NCBI RefSeq assembly: GCF_035195345.1
Contig: NZ_CP136574.1
Coordinates: 2,653,598 to 2,717,597, forward strand
DNA from: Flavobacterium sp.
Lineage (GTDB): Bacteria; Bacteroidota; Bacteroidia; Flavobacteriales; Flavobacteriaceae
Direction: 5' to 3'
DNA: 64,000 nucleotides
Below, piece by piece: positions 39,393-50,079 of this stretch (the stretch's first letter is position 1; each line of letters opens with the position of its first letter). A program made the translations under genes and the position numbers. Under the pieces are notes generated by a model. The model did not search any database. It had not been told where the DNA came from and saw only the letters and a program-made list of their open reading frames with translations.

Positions 39393-40259
39393 TTAGTTCA
39401 TTGAAATAAACTCTTTTATTTTTTGAATTACAGCTTCATCACCTAAAATTTTACGATGGCCTAATCCTTGCGTAATCATAATTTCAGGATTTTTCAAGTG
39501 TTTTTGAATATTGTAAGCTGCTTTAACTGAAACATCATCATCATCTATATCATGAATAACTAAAACAGGAATGTTTGTTTTTTCTGCAGCTTTATATGCT
39601 GAATAATCATCCATTTTCCCACCATATTTTGCTTCAAAATGATCTCTTAGTTTAATTCCAAAGACAGGCTTAAGTTTTAATTTACTTATAAAATCATCAA
39701 TAATGTCTTGAATAATATCGCCAGAACCTATAGTGATAGCTTTTTTTACGTTAAGATTTTGTTTTATCGCATTTAAAACCGACATACCGCCTAGTGAATG
39801 CCCAATAGCAAATTCAAACGGTCCAAACTGTTTTTCAATTTCTAAAATCGAAGCAATAAATTCAATCATAATTGATGAATTTCCTTTCGATTTTCCATGA
39901 GCCGGAGCATCAAAACTAATAGTCATATAGCCCATTTTTACTAATTCATCTGCAATTTTAACTAATTGCGTTCCTCTTCCAGACCAACCGTGCACTAATA
40001 AGATTTTCTTATCACTTTTTCCATATTCATACACTACAATTTCTTTTTGAATTTCGGGAACTAGTATGCTTTTTTGGACACTTTCGTGTTCCATATGAAG
40101 TTCACGCTTCGGTAATTTATGTTTTATGGGGGTTGTAAAAAGTTTAGCTGCAAATTTAATGGTAAGAGGAGTAGAAATAGCTTGTAAAAATTTAGCTGTA
40201 AACAAAATAGCTTTTGGAATTTCTATGACTTGAGATTGCTGTTGTTTCTTTTTGGGCAT
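39393..40259 (-). CDS. Alpha/beta hydrolase
   Basis: LVHGWSG, DAPAHG, GHSLGG nucleophile elbow, HDIDD, GLGHRK; likely start ATG 40259. Confidence 0.9.
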   Translation of the reverse strand: MPKKKQQQSQVIEIPKAILFTAKFLQAISTPLTIKFAAKLFTTPIKHKLPKRELHMEHESVQKSILVPEIQKEIVVYEYGKSDKKILLVHGWSGRGTQLVKIADELVKMGYMTISFDAPAHGKSKGNSSIMIEFIASILEIEKQFGPFEFAIGHSLGGMSVLNAIKQNLNVKKAITIGSGDIIQDIIDDFISKLKLKPVFGIKLRDHFEAKYGGKMDDYSAYKAAEKTNIPVLVIHDIDDDDVSVKAAYNIQKHLKNPEIMITQGLGHRKILGDEAVIQKIKEFISMN

Positions 40260-40403
40260 TTTGTAAAATTTTACGCAAGGTACAACATATATAAAATAGG
40301 TGTAAAAAAAGAGATTATAAAAAATAGTTAAAAAAGACATGAAAATTGGATTTAAGCAACAAGTGAAAATTAAAAAGACGTAAATTTGTGAAAAATAATT
40401 ACG

Positions 40404-41222
40404 ATGAATTTAAAAATTAAAATTGTTGGACTGATAGCTTTTGCATTTGTAGTTTCTTGTGCAAAAAATCCATTTACAGGGAAAAGTACCTTGGCATTAG
40501 TTTCAAATAGCGAAATTTTACCTTCTGCGTTTCAACAATACAATCAGTTTCTCTCTGAAAATAAAGTAATTACTGGTACATCAGATGCGAAAAGAGTAGA
40601 AAATATAGGCTCTAAAATTAAAGTTGCTGCTGAACGCTGGTTAAATGCAAATGGGAATGCAGGTTATTTAGATGGTTATGCTTGGGAATATAAATTAGTT
40701 GAAAGTAAAGAAGTCAATGCATGGTGTATGCCAGGAGGAAAAATTGTTTTTTATACTGGAATTATGCCTATTTGTAAAGATGATGCGGGTATGGCAGCAG
40801 TTATGGGGCATGAAGTAGCTCACGCCTTAGCTAATCATGGGCAACAACGTATGAGCGCAGGAGTTTTACAACAAGCAGGAGCGCTTGGTGTTGGTCTAGC
40901 AACAGGAAATAAATCAGAAGAAACGCAACAATTAGCCATGACAGCTTATGGCGCAACCACTCAATTTGGAGGGATGTTACCATTTAGTAGAGCTCATGAA
41001 AGCGAAGCAGATATGATCGGATTAACATTGATGGCAATTGCTGGTTACAATCCTGATATGGCTGTAGCATTTTGGGAAAGAATGGCTTCTCAATCTGGAG
41101 GTCAAGCACCGCCAGAATTCATGAGTACGCACCCAAGTAATGCTACACGAATTGCAAAAATTAAGGAGTTAATTCCACAAGCAAAAGCAGAAGCAGCTAA
41201 GTTTGGAGTTACTTTTAAATAA
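40404..41222 (+). CDS. M48 family zinc metallopeptidase lipoprotein
   Basis: NAWCMPGG, HEVAH, ESEAD, STHP. Confidence 0.92.
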   Translation: MNLKIKIVGLIAFAFVVSCAKNPFTGKSTLALVSNSEILPSAFQQYNQFLSENKVITGTSDAKRVENIGSKIKVAAERWLNANGNAGYLDGYAWEYKLVESKEVNAWCMPGGKIVFYTGIMPICKDDAGMAAVMGHEVAHALANHGQQRMSAGVLQQAGALGVGLATGNKSEETQQLAMTAYGATTQFGGMLPFSRAHESEADMIGLTLMAIAGYNPDMAVAFWERMASQSGGQAPPEFMSTHPSNATRIAKIKELIPQAKAEAAKFGVTFK

Positions 41223-41286
41223 TTAAAAAAATACTATTATATTTGAATCCCGACACTGTCGGGATTTTTATTTTAAAATAATCGCT

Positions 41287-42579
41287 ATGCAAAAACTTCT
41301 TAAAGGAGATTCTAAACTTCTAAACGCTTGGGCTTTTTATGATTGGGCAAATTCGGTTTATGCTTTGGTAATTTCGTCTACTATTTTCCCGTTGTATTAT
41401 GGCGCTTTGTTTCGTCAAAAAAACATTGAAGAAATTGTATTACTTGGTTTTTCGGTTAGAAGCGAAGCTTTAATAAGTTATGTAACAGCAATAGGATTTC
41501 TAATCATTGCATTTATATCACCATTATTATCTGGTATTGCTGATTACATGGGAAATAAGAAGTTTTTCTTGAAACTTTTCTGTTACATTGGAGCTATTTC
41601 ATGTATTTCATTGTATTTCTTTTCACTTAATACAGTTGTTTTAAGTTTGGTTTCTTATTTGTTAGCTTTAATAGGTTTTTGGGGAAGTTTAGTTTTTTAT
41701 AATTCGTATTTACCCGATATTGCTCACAAAGAACAACAAGATAAAATCAGTGCAAAAGGATTTAGTTTGGGTTATGTTGGAAGTGTTATTTTATTATTGA
41801 TTTGTTTAGCGATGGTGATGTCAGTAGAGAATGATGCTGAAAGACTGCAAATGATGAAATATTCATTTTTATTAGTTGGAATTTGGTGGATAGGTTTTAG
41901 TCAGTATACTTACCATTATTTGCCAAATAATAAGAATGAAAACAAACTGCATAAAAATGTAGTTTTTAATGGTTTTAAAGAATTGCAAAAAGTTTGGCAA
42001 CAAATTAAACAATTGAAATCCTTAAGACGTTATTTAGGAGCTTTTTTTGTGTACAGTATGGCAGTGCAAACCATTATGATTATTGCCGCTTATTTTGGGG
42101 AAAAAGAAGTGCAATGGGGAAGTGATAGTAAACGAACAATAGGATTAATAGTTAGTATTTTATTGATTCAATTAGTGGCTGTTTTAGGTGCTTGGTTAAC
42201 ATCAAAACTAGTTACACATTATGGAAACATATTTGTTTTAATTGTATTAAATTTTTCATGGATTTTAATCTGTACCTATGCGTATTTTGTAGTTACGCCA
42301 AATGATTTTTATATAGCTGCAGTATTCGTAGGATTGGTTATGGGAGGAATTCAATCTTTATCGCGATCAACGTATTCAAAATTTATTCCTGAAGATTCTA
42401 AAGACACAACCTCATTTTTTAGTTTTTATGACGTAGCAGAGAAAATAGGAATTGTAATAGGTATGTTCACTTATGGTTATATCGCCGATGTTACAGGCAA
42501 AATTCAAAATGCCATTTTATTTCTAATTTTATTTTTTATAATAGGTTTACTTTTATTACTCAGAGTACCAAAAAAATAA
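41287..42579 (+). CDS. MFS transporter (UMF1/ATG22-like)
   Basis: WAFYDWANS, YNSYLP, ISAKGFSLGY, QSLSRS; about 12 TM segments. Confidence 0.88.
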   Translation: MQKLLKGDSKLLNAWAFYDWANSVYALVISSTIFPLYYGALFRQKNIEEIVLLGFSVRSEALISYVTAIGFLIIAFISPLLSGIADYMGNKKFFLKLFCYIGAISCISLYFFSLNTVVLSLVSYLLALIGFWGSLVFYNSYLPDIAHKEQQDKISAKGFSLGYVGSVILLLICLAMVMSVENDAERLQMMKYSFLLVGIWWIGFSQYTYHYLPNNKNENKLHKNVVFNGFKELQKVWQQIKQLKSLRRYLGAFFVYSMAVQTIMIIAAYFGEKEVQWGSDSKRTIGLIVSILLIQLVAVLGAWLTSKLVTHYGNIFVLIVLNFSWILICTYAYFVVTPNDFYIAAVFVGLVMGGIQSLSRSTYSKFIPEDSKDTTSFFSFYDVAEKIGIVIGMFTYGYIADVTGKIQNAILFLILFFIIGLLLLLRVPKK

Positions 42580-42617
42580 AATATCTTTTTATATTTGAAA
42601 ACTTTTAAAATATAATT

Positions 42618-43148
42618 ATGAAATCTATAAAATCAAGCGTAAAATTTTTAATTTTATCAATAGCATTAGTAACTGTTTCTTGTGATATCGAACCAATTGA
42701 TCCAGCAATTGATATTTCTGCAAGTTCATCGGTTACAGGCACCTATTATATGACCGCTTTTAATTCTTCAATTCCTACCGATTTGAATGGAGATGGTACT
42801 GCTTCAACTAATCAAATGGATGAAACAAATTGTTTTAATGGGGGTTTTATTACTTTAAACGGTGATAATACTTTTGTTGCAAATAGTAAGGGTATTGATA
42901 TTAATATGGATGGAGCAACTTCAACAATTGAATGTTTTGATGAAGGAAATTTTACAGGAACTTGGGCTTTATCGGGTAATCAATTATCTATAACTTATTT
43001 AGATGAAGGCGTTGAATATACAGATGTTGCTACTTTATCTGGAAACACAATAGTTTCAACAGTTCAAAATGGAGAAGTTGTAGGAACTACTTCAGGTGGA
43101 GAACCAATTTATTTAACATCTAATCTCCAAATAGTTTTCACGAAATAA
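42618..43148 (+). CDS. Lipocalin-like lipoprotein
   Basis: Lipobox TVSC; GTYYMT...DLNGDG...GTWALSG. Confidence 0.65.
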   Translation: MKSIKSSVKFLILSIALVTVSCDIEPIDPAIDISASSSVTGTYYMTAFNSSIPTDLNGDGTASTNQMDETNCFNGGFITLNGDNTFVANSKGIDINMDGATSTIECFDEGNFTGTWALSGNQLSITYLDEGVEYTDVATLSGNTIVSTVQNGEVVGTTSGGEPIYLTSNLQIVFTK

Positions 43149-43342
43149 ACAATTGATGTAATAAATTTTAGATCCCGATTGTTTCGGGATTTTTTTATGG
43201 CATACATCTTGAACTATAACTTTTGAATTTGCTGTTTAAGGTTAATTTATGATTTGATTATCAATAAAATAAGCTTGTTATTTGTAATTTTAAATAGTTG
43301 ATAATAATTTAATATACTGACAAAAAGACCATATTTATACAT

Positions 43343-45805
43343 ATGCCACATCACAAAATATTAGCGATTGACAATTTGTCACTTCAGGAAATGGATCCCG
43401 ATTCAGAATTGATTCCTTTAATGACGCCGGAAGATGAAGAAGAAATGAATAATGAGGCTTTACCTGAAGATATAGCCATTTTACCTTTACGAAACACTGT
43501 TTTATTTCCTGGAGTTGTAATTCCTATTACCGCAGGAAGAGATAAATCAATTAAATTGATTAATGATGCCAATGCCAAAGGAAAAATTATTGGTGTAGTG
43601 GCGCAAATTGATGAAAACGAAGAAGATCCATCACCAAGCGATGTGCATCATATTGGAACAGTGGCCCGAATCATGCGTGTTTTAAAAATGCCTGATGGAA
43701 ATACAACCGTAATTCTTCAAGGGAAAAAACGCTTTGAAATTGAGAATTTTACGCAAGAAGAGCCATATCTTAAAGCTAAAATTAAAGAGGTTACGGAAGA
43801 ACGTCCAAATAAAAAAGATTTAGAGTTTAAAGCGATTGTAGAATCAATCAAAGAATTAGCTATTCAAATTATTAAGGAAAGTCCAAATATCCCTACTGAG
43901 GCTACTTTTGCTATTAAAAACATTGAAAGTAATCCGTTTTTAATCAATTTCGTTTCTTCGAATATGAATCTTTCAGTAGAAGAAAAGCAAAAATTATTAT
44001 CGATTCCTAATTTAAAAGATAGAGCGCTTGAAACCTTACGTTTTATGAACTTAGAGCTTCAAAAGTTAGAAGTTCGTAACGATATTCAATCCAAAGTTCG
44101 ATTTGATTTAGACCAACAGCAACGCGAATATTTCTTACAGCAACAAATGAAAACCATCCAAGAGGAATTGGGAGGTGTTTCGTATGAAGCTGAAATTGAA
44201 GAAATGCGCGCCAAAGGATTAAAGAAAAAATGGGACGATAAAACAGCAAAACATTTCGAAAAAGAACTATCTAAATTGCAACGAACCAATCCAAATTCAC
44301 CCGATTTTGGTATTCAACGCAATTATATCGAGTTGTTTTTAGAATTGCCTTGGAACGAGTTTACAAAAGATAATTTCGACTTAAAACGCGCTCAGAAAAT
44401 TCTTGATAGAGATCATTACGGTTTAGAAGAAGTAAAGAAACGGATCATCGAACATTTAGCAGTTTTGAAATTGCGTAACGATATGAAATCGCCAATTCTT
44501 TGTTTGTACGGACCTCCAGGAGTGGGAAAAACTTCCATTGGAAAGTCGGTTGCCGAAGCTTTAGGAAGAGAATACATCAGAATGTCGTTAGGTGGTTTAC
44601 GGGACGAAGCAGAAATTCGTGGTCACCGTAAAACTTATATTGGTGCTATGCCAGGACGAATTCTTCAAAATATTAAGAAAGCAAAAACATCAAATCCAGT
44701 GTTTGTTTTAGATGAGATTGATAAATTATCGACCAGTCATAATGGCGATCCATCATCGGCGTTGTTAGAAGTTTTAGATCCAGAGCAAAACAAAGAATTC
44801 CATGATAATTTCTTGGAACTAGGATACGATTTATCAAAAGTGATGTTTATTGCAACATCCAATAGTTTGTCAACCATTCAACCTGCACTTCGTGATCGTA
44901 TGGAAATTATCGAAATGACGGGTTATACAATTGAAGAAAAAATCGAGATTGCAAAAACACACTTATTACCAAAACAATTAAAAGAGCACGGATTAACCGC
45001 AAAAGATTTACAAATTGGAAAAAAACAATTAGAAAAAATCGTAGTTGGTTATACGCGTGAATCAGGTGTTCGTGGTTTAGAGAAAAAAATTGCTCAAGTG
45101 GTGCGTCATGCCGCAAAATCAATTGCAATGGACGAAACCTACAACGTAAAAGTTTCGGATGCCGATATTTTAGAAGTATTAAAATCGCCTCGAATGGAAC
45201 GCGATAAATACGAAAATAATGATGTAGCGGGTGTAGTTACTGGATTAGCTTGGACTTCTGTAGGAGGCGATATATTATTTATTGAATCCTTAATTTCGAA
45301 AGGAAAAGGAGCCATGACCATGACTGGGAATTTAGGAACGGTTATGAAAGAATCGGTGACAATTGCTTTGGAATACATTCGTGCAAATGCTGAATTTTTA
45401 GGCATAAATCCTGAAGTTTTAAACAATTACAACATTCATATTCACGTGCCAGAAGGTGCCACTCCAAAAGACGGACCAAGTGCTGGTATTGCTATGTTAA
45501 CCTCAATGGTTTCTTCATTTACTCAAAAAAGAATCAAGAAAAATATTGCGATGACAGGTGAAATTACCTTGAGAGGAAAAGTATTACCTGTTGGTGGTAT
45601 CAAAGAAAAAATCTTAGCTGCCAAAAGAGCCAATATCAAAGAAATCATTTTATGTAGAGAAAACAAACGTGATATTGAGGAAATTAAACCAAACTACATT
45701 GAAGGTTTAACGTTTCATTATGTGGATAAAATGAGCGAAGTATTAGATATTGCCATTACCCAACAAAAGGTAAAAAATGCAAAATCATTGGATTTTAAAA
45801 AATAA
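43343..45805 (+). CDS. lon: Lon protease (endopeptidase La)
   Basis: LPLRNTVLFP, GPPGVGKTS, LDEIDK, PKDGPSAG, GGIKEK. Confidence 0.97.
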   Translation: MPHHKILAIDNLSLQEMDPDSELIPLMTPEDEEEMNNEALPEDIAILPLRNTVLFPGVVIPITAGRDKSIKLINDANAKGKIIGVVAQIDENEEDPSPSDVHHIGTVARIMRVLKMPDGNTTVILQGKKRFEIENFTQEEPYLKAKIKEVTEERPNKKDLEFKAIVESIKELAIQIIKESPNIPTEATFAIKNIESNPFLINFVSSNMNLSVEEKQKLLSIPNLKDRALETLRFMNLELQKLEVRNDIQSKVRFDLDQQQREYFLQQQMKTIQEELGGVSYEAEIEEMRAKGLKKKWDDKTAKHFEKELSKLQRTNPNSPDFGIQRNYIELFLELPWNEFTKDNFDLKRAQKILDRDHYGLEEVKKRIIEHLAVLKLRNDMKSPILCLYGPPGVGKTSIGKSVAEALGREYIRMSLGGLRDEAEIRGHRKTYIGAMPGRILQNIKKAKTSNPVFVLDEIDKLSTSHNGDPSSALLEVLDPEQNKEFHDNFLELGYDLSKVMFIATSNSLSTIQPALRDRMEIIEMTGYTIEEKIEIAKTHLLPKQLKEHGLTAKDLQIGKKQLEKIVVGYTRESGVRGLEKKIAQVVRHAAKSIAMDETYNVKVSDADILEVLKSPRMERDKYENNDVAGVVTGLAWTSVGGDILFIESLISKGKGAMTMTGNLGTVMKESVTIALEYIRANAEFLGINPEVLNNYNIHIHVPEGATPKDGPSAGIAMLTSMVSSFTQKRIKKNIAMTGEITLRGKVLPVGGIKEKILAAKRANIKEIILCRENKRDIEEIKPNYIEGLTFHYVDKMSEVLDIAITQQKVKNAKSLDFKK

Positions 45806-45831
45806 ATACTAGGAATTTAATAGTATACCAA

Positions 45832-45871
45832 TAAGAACTCTCATTAATTCATTTATTGAGAGTTCTTTTTT
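45832..45871 (+). terminator. Intrinsic terminator after lon
   Basis: AAGAACTCTCA...TGAGAGTTCTTTTTT. Confidence 0.75.
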
Positions 45872-45934
45872 TGTTTACTATCTGATATAATTTTATCTTC
45901 GCAGTTGCGTTATAAGTAAGATTAAAACCATACA

Positions 45935-46954
45935 ATGCGAAGAAAAATTGTAATTCTTTTATTATTTCTACTATCGACTACTACTTTTAGTCAAATAGGA
46001 GGTAAAAGTGTATATCAGTTTTTAAACTTAGCACAATCACCAAGACAAGCTGCATTAGGAGGAAAAACGGTTACAGTCGTTGATTACGATGTAAATCAAG
46101 CGTTTTATAATCCGGCTACAATTAATGCAAAAATGCACAATCGATTATCTGCAAATTACGGAAGTTATTATGGCGAAGTGTCCTACGGAACGGCTGCTTA
46201 CGCGTATACTTATGACCGACATTTACAAACCTTTCACGCAGGAATTAGTTACATCAATTACGGAACTTTTGAAGGAAGAGACGAATTAGGCAACCAAACA
46301 TCCGATTTTACTGGAAGCGAAGCCGCTTTGTCGTTTGGATATGCTTATAATTTGCCATGGACAGATATGTATGTGGGTGCCAATGCAAAATTAATTTCAT
46401 CTACCTTAGAAAGTTATAATTCATGGGGAGCTGCTGTAGATTTAGGATTTTTATATGTTGATTATGATAACGACATTAATTATGGTTTAACGGTTAGAAA
46501 TTTAGGATTTCAAATCAAACCTTATGAAGATACCAATGAAAAACTTCCTTTAGCTATAGATGCTGGAATTTCACAATTGATGGAAAATGTTCCCATTCGT
46601 TGGCACATGACCTTTGAAAATTTACAACAATGGAATATAGCTTTTTCAAATCCAAACAGGGCAGAGAGTAACTTAGATGGAGGTACTACAGAAGAAAAAG
46701 TGTCTTTTTTTAACAATGCTTTACGCCATTTAATTTTAGGAGCAGAATTGTTTCCAGAGAAAGGCTTTAATATTAGATTAGGGTATAATTTTAGAAGAAG
46801 TGAAGAGTTACGAATTTTAGAGCAACGAAATTTCTCTGGAATTTCCGTTGGTTTTGGAATTCGATTTGGAAAGGTTAAATTTGATTATTCGTATTCAAGA
46901 TATACCGTAGCAGCCAATACCAGTTTGTTTGGATTGATGATTGATTTGGAGTAG
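45935..46954 (+). CDS. porQ: Type IX secretion system protein PorQ
   Basis: YQFLNL..SPRQAALGG, NPA, INYGTFEG, LRLGYNFRR; lies in the lon-porQ-cmk arrangement. Confidence 0.85.
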   Translation: MRRKIVILLLFLLSTTTFSQIGGKSVYQFLNLAQSPRQAALGGKTVTVVDYDVNQAFYNPATINAKMHNRLSANYGSYYGEVSYGTAAYAYTYDRHLQTFHAGISYINYGTFEGRDELGNQTSDFTGSEAALSFGYAYNLPWTDMYVGANAKLISSTLESYNSWGAAVDLGFLYVDYDNDINYGLTVRNLGFQIKPYEDTNEKLPLAIDAGISQLMENVPIRWHMTFENLQQWNIAFSNPNRAESNLDGGTTEEKVSFFNNALRHLILGAELFPEKGFNIRLGYNFRRSEELRILEQRNFSGISVGFGIRFGKVKFDYSYSRYTVAANTSLFGLMIDLE

Positions 46955-47114
46955 AAAAGAGTGATTAGTGAAAAGTAATTAGTGATTAGCTTAAATGAAC
47001 TTCATTATTCATAAAGTAATACTTAAAAAACTTTTATGACTTATATGTTTTAAAATTATTAGTTTAGAAAAATATTAAATAGAAACTAGCGCCATAGCGT
47101 TTTCGTGACAAAAT

Positions 47115-47798
47115 ATGAAAAAAATTACCATAGCAATAGACGGTTTTTCGTCGACAGGAAAAAGTACATTGGCTAAGCAATTGGCTGCAGCATTAGGTTA
47201 TGTTTATGTAGATACCGGTGCAATGTATCGTGCTGTAGCATATTTTGCGATGCAACACAACTTGGTTTCTGAAACACATTTAGACAAACCCAGTTTGATT
47301 GCTCAATTGCCAACGATTAATTTGCGTTTTCAATTCAATCCTACTTTAGGATTTGCTGAAATGTATTTGAATAACGAAAATATTGAAATGCAAATCAGAA
47401 CCATTGAAGTTTCACGCATGGTGAGTAAAGTGGCCGAAATTTCTGAAGTGCGTGCTAAATTAGTAGAACAACAGCAAGAAATGGGCAAAGACAAAGGTAT
47501 TGTGATGGATGGAAGAGATATTTGTACCGTTGTTTTTCCAGATGCCGAATTAAAATTATTCATGACAGCAAGTTCGAAAACTAGAGCACAACGCCGTTTT
47601 GATGAATTAGTAGAAAAAGGACAACACGTTACTTTTGAAGAAGTACTTCAAAACGTGGAAGAGCGTGATTACATTGATACTCATAGAGATGATTCGCCAC
47701 TTGTAAAAGCGGTTGATGCTATTGAAATTGATAATTCATCACTTAGTAAAAAAGAGCAATTTGAATTGGTTTTGAAGTTGGTGAAGGAGAAGTTGTAG
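47115..47798 (+). CDS. cmk: Cytidylate kinase
   Basis: IAIDGFSSTGKST, DTGAMYR, MDGRDI, RDYID. Confidence 0.95.
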   Translation: MKKITIAIDGFSSTGKSTLAKQLAAALGYVYVDTGAMYRAVAYFAMQHNLVSETHLDKPSLIAQLPTINLRFQFNPTLGFAEMYLNNENIEMQIRTIEVSRMVSKVAEISEVRAKLVEQQQEMGKDKGIVMDGRDICTVVFPDAELKLFMTASSKTRAQRRFDELVEKGQHVTFEEVLQNVEERDYIDTHRDDSPLVKAVDAIEIDNSSLSKKEQFELVLKLVKEKL

Positions 47799-47871
47799 GC
47801 TTAATTTTTTCCTTTCGACGAAGGAGACTTGAACGTAGCGAATAGATTAAATAAATTATATAACCAACTAA

Positions 47872-48309
47872 ATGAAAAAGTTTACTTTTTTAATTTCAAT
47901 TATCTTTTTAACGACATTTAATTCATGTGGTCAAAATAAAATTAACACTCCAAATACCGCTATGAGTAAGTTTGAAGAATTTATTTCAAAAGAAAAGTTT
48001 TTACCTGATTCGAAAATATTTTATCCGGGAATTGGAGACGAAAAATTGAAACCAATATTAACCGAATTGATAAATGAATCGGCTAAAGATTTTCAAAATG
48101 TTGCGAGTAAAGGAATTGCTTCTGATAATGAATACCAAAATGCAATTGAAAAAGGCTTAAAAAGATTCTCAAAAATATATTTAGAATTAGATACAGAAAA
48201 TCGCGAAAGAATATGCACTTATTACGAAGAGCTAATGGATATCGTTGGATTAGAAAGCTCTGAAGGTCTACTTAATGAATTTATGTATGATTTTGATTTT
48301 TCTGAATAA
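47872..48309 (+). CDS. DUF4844-like lipoprotein
   Basis: Lipobox FNSC; LDTENRERICTYYEELMDIVGLESSEGLLNEFMY. Confidence 0.75.
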   Translation: MKKFTFLISIIFLTTFNSCGQNKINTPNTAMSKFEEFISKEKFLPDSKIFYPGIGDEKLKPILTELINESAKDFQNVASKGIASDNEYQNAIEKGLKRFSKIYLELDTENRERICTYYEELMDIVGLESSEGLLNEFMYDFDFSE

Positions 48310-48342
48310 AAAATTTGTTTCAGCAGCTATTTACATCAATAG

Positions 48343-49317
48343 CTATTTCCCTTGCTTCGCTTTCTCCTTAGCTTGTTTTTTGAAATAGCCTCTAAACAAA
48401 AAATTGTGTTTTAAAGCTTCTAAATCTTCATTTAATTTTATACTAGCTTTGTTTACATTTGTAATAGTTGAGTCAATTTGTTGTACAAGTTTAGGATTGT
48501 TTGATAAATAATTTATAGCTCCTTTACCTTCTTTGATGTTGGTAATAGTAGCATTCAAATTGGTTACCACTTTATCAATTTCAGTACTCGATTTTTCCAA
48601 ATTGGTAATTATAGTTTTCATTTGTGATGCCACTTCTTTATCTTTTAAAACGCCAATTACATTGTCTTTTTGATTCAAATCAGCAATCATTTTATTTAAA
48701 TTAGCTACAGATGCAGTGGTTCCTTTTGTGGTTTCCTTTAAATAATTCATTGTAGCTTTTAAATCTTGCGCCATTAATGAATCTCGAAGAAGTACACCAA
48801 CGGTTCCGTTTCCTTTGTTGATTTCATGCGTTATTTTTAATAAGTCGGCAGTTAAAAGTGCTGCGTTTTTGTTGGTTACATCTAATGTTTTTAGCATTTC
48901 ATCAGTGCTAGATTTACTATAAGATTGAATAATATCGCCAGGAATAACAGCATTTTCATTTCCTTTTCCTGGAATAATATTAATAATCATATTACCTACT
49001 AATCCGTCAGAACCTATGGTGGCTATGGCATCTTTTTTAATGTGTATTAGCATTTTATCTTCAATGGCCATTGATACATTTATAGTTGTATCATTCACCA
49101 TTTCAATGCTCTTAACGGTTCCAATATCCATTCCGGCATATCTAACGTTATTTCCTACTTGTAAGCCGCTTACATTGCCAAAAACCGCTTTTAGGTTACT
49201 TGTATTACCAAATAAATTTTGCTTATTTCCCACAAAATAGATTGCTGCTAAAAAAAATAGCGAACCTATAATGATAAATAAACCCAATCGTATTTTTTGT
49301 CGATCTGTTTTTTCCAT
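48343..49317 (-). CDS. mlaD: MlaD/MCE family protein
   Basis: TM anchor; VSGLQVGNNVRYAG, IGSDGLVG; coiled-coil tail. Confidence 0.88.
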   Translation of the reverse strand: MEKTDRQKIRLGLFIIIGSLFFLAAIYFVGNKQNLFGNTSNLKAVFGNVSGLQVGNNVRYAGMDIGTVKSIEMVNDTTINVSMAIEDKMLIHIKKDAIATIGSDGLVGNMIINIIPGKGNENAVIPGDIIQSYSKSSTDEMLKTLDVTNKNAALLTADLLKITHEINKGNGTVGVLLRDSLMAQDLKATMNYLKETTKGTTASVANLNKMIADLNQKDNVIGVLKDKEVASQMKTIITNLEKSSTEIDKVVTNLNATITNIKEGKGAINYLSNNPKLVQQIDSTITNVNKASIKLNEDLEALKHNFLFRGYFKKQAKEKAKQGK

Positions 49318-49323
49318 ACTATT

Positions 49324-50079
49324 TTATTTAAAAAAGGCTTGCACTTTCGGATCGTTTGAAGCGTTTAATTCATCAAAAGTCCCTTCAATATAGTTAATTC
49401 CATCTATTAATAAAACCATTCGATTTGCGATTGCTTTGGCACAATCTACATCATGCGTAATGATAATAGAGGAAGTATTGTATTTTTCTTGAATGGATTG
49501 CATCAAAAGTATAATTTCTTTTGAAGTTATTGGGTCTAAACCTGTTGTAGGCTCGTCGTATAAAATTATTTTTGGTTTTAGTATTAAGGTTCTAGCTAAG
49601 GCAATTCTACGTTTCATACCGCCAGAAAGTTCATTTGGCATTAAGTCAATTGCGCTTGCTAAACCTACACTTTCTAATGCTTCCATAACTAACGGAGTGG
49701 TGTCATCAATTTTGCCAAATTTTTTGGTGTGTCTTCGTAATGGGAATTCTAAATTTTCTCGAACTGACATTGAATCATATAAGGCACTTCCTTGAAAAAG
49801 AAAGCCAATTTCGGTGCGAAGTTCGTCAATTTCCTCGCGTTCAAGCATATTAATCTCTTTGTTCATTACAAAAATAGAGCCACTATCGGGTGTTTCTAAT
49901 CCAATAACACATTTAATCATCACCGATTTTCCAGAACCTGATTTCCCCATTACTACCAAGTTTTCTCCTTCGTTTAAAACCATATGAAAGCCATTTAAAA
50001 CGGTGTTGGTTCCAAAAGTTTTATGCAAATCTTTTATTACTATTATGGGCTCTTTTTTTGTTTCCATATTACATGTCAT
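49324..50079 (-). CDS. mlaF: MlaF-type ABC ATPase
   Basis: GKSGSGKS, LSGGMKRR, YDEPTTGLDP. Confidence 0.88.
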   Translation of the reverse strand: MTCNMETKKEPIIVIKDLHKTFGTNTVLNGFHMVLNEGENLVVMGKSGSGKSVMIKCVIGLETPDSGSIFVMNKEINMLEREEIDELRTEIGFLFQGSALYDSMSVRENLEFPLRRHTKKFGKIDDTTPLVMEALESVGLASAIDLMPNELSGGMKRRIALARTLILKPKIILYDEPTTGLDPITSKEIILLMQSIQEKYNTSSIIITHDVDCAKAIANRMVLLIDGINYIEGTFDELNASNDPKVQAFFK

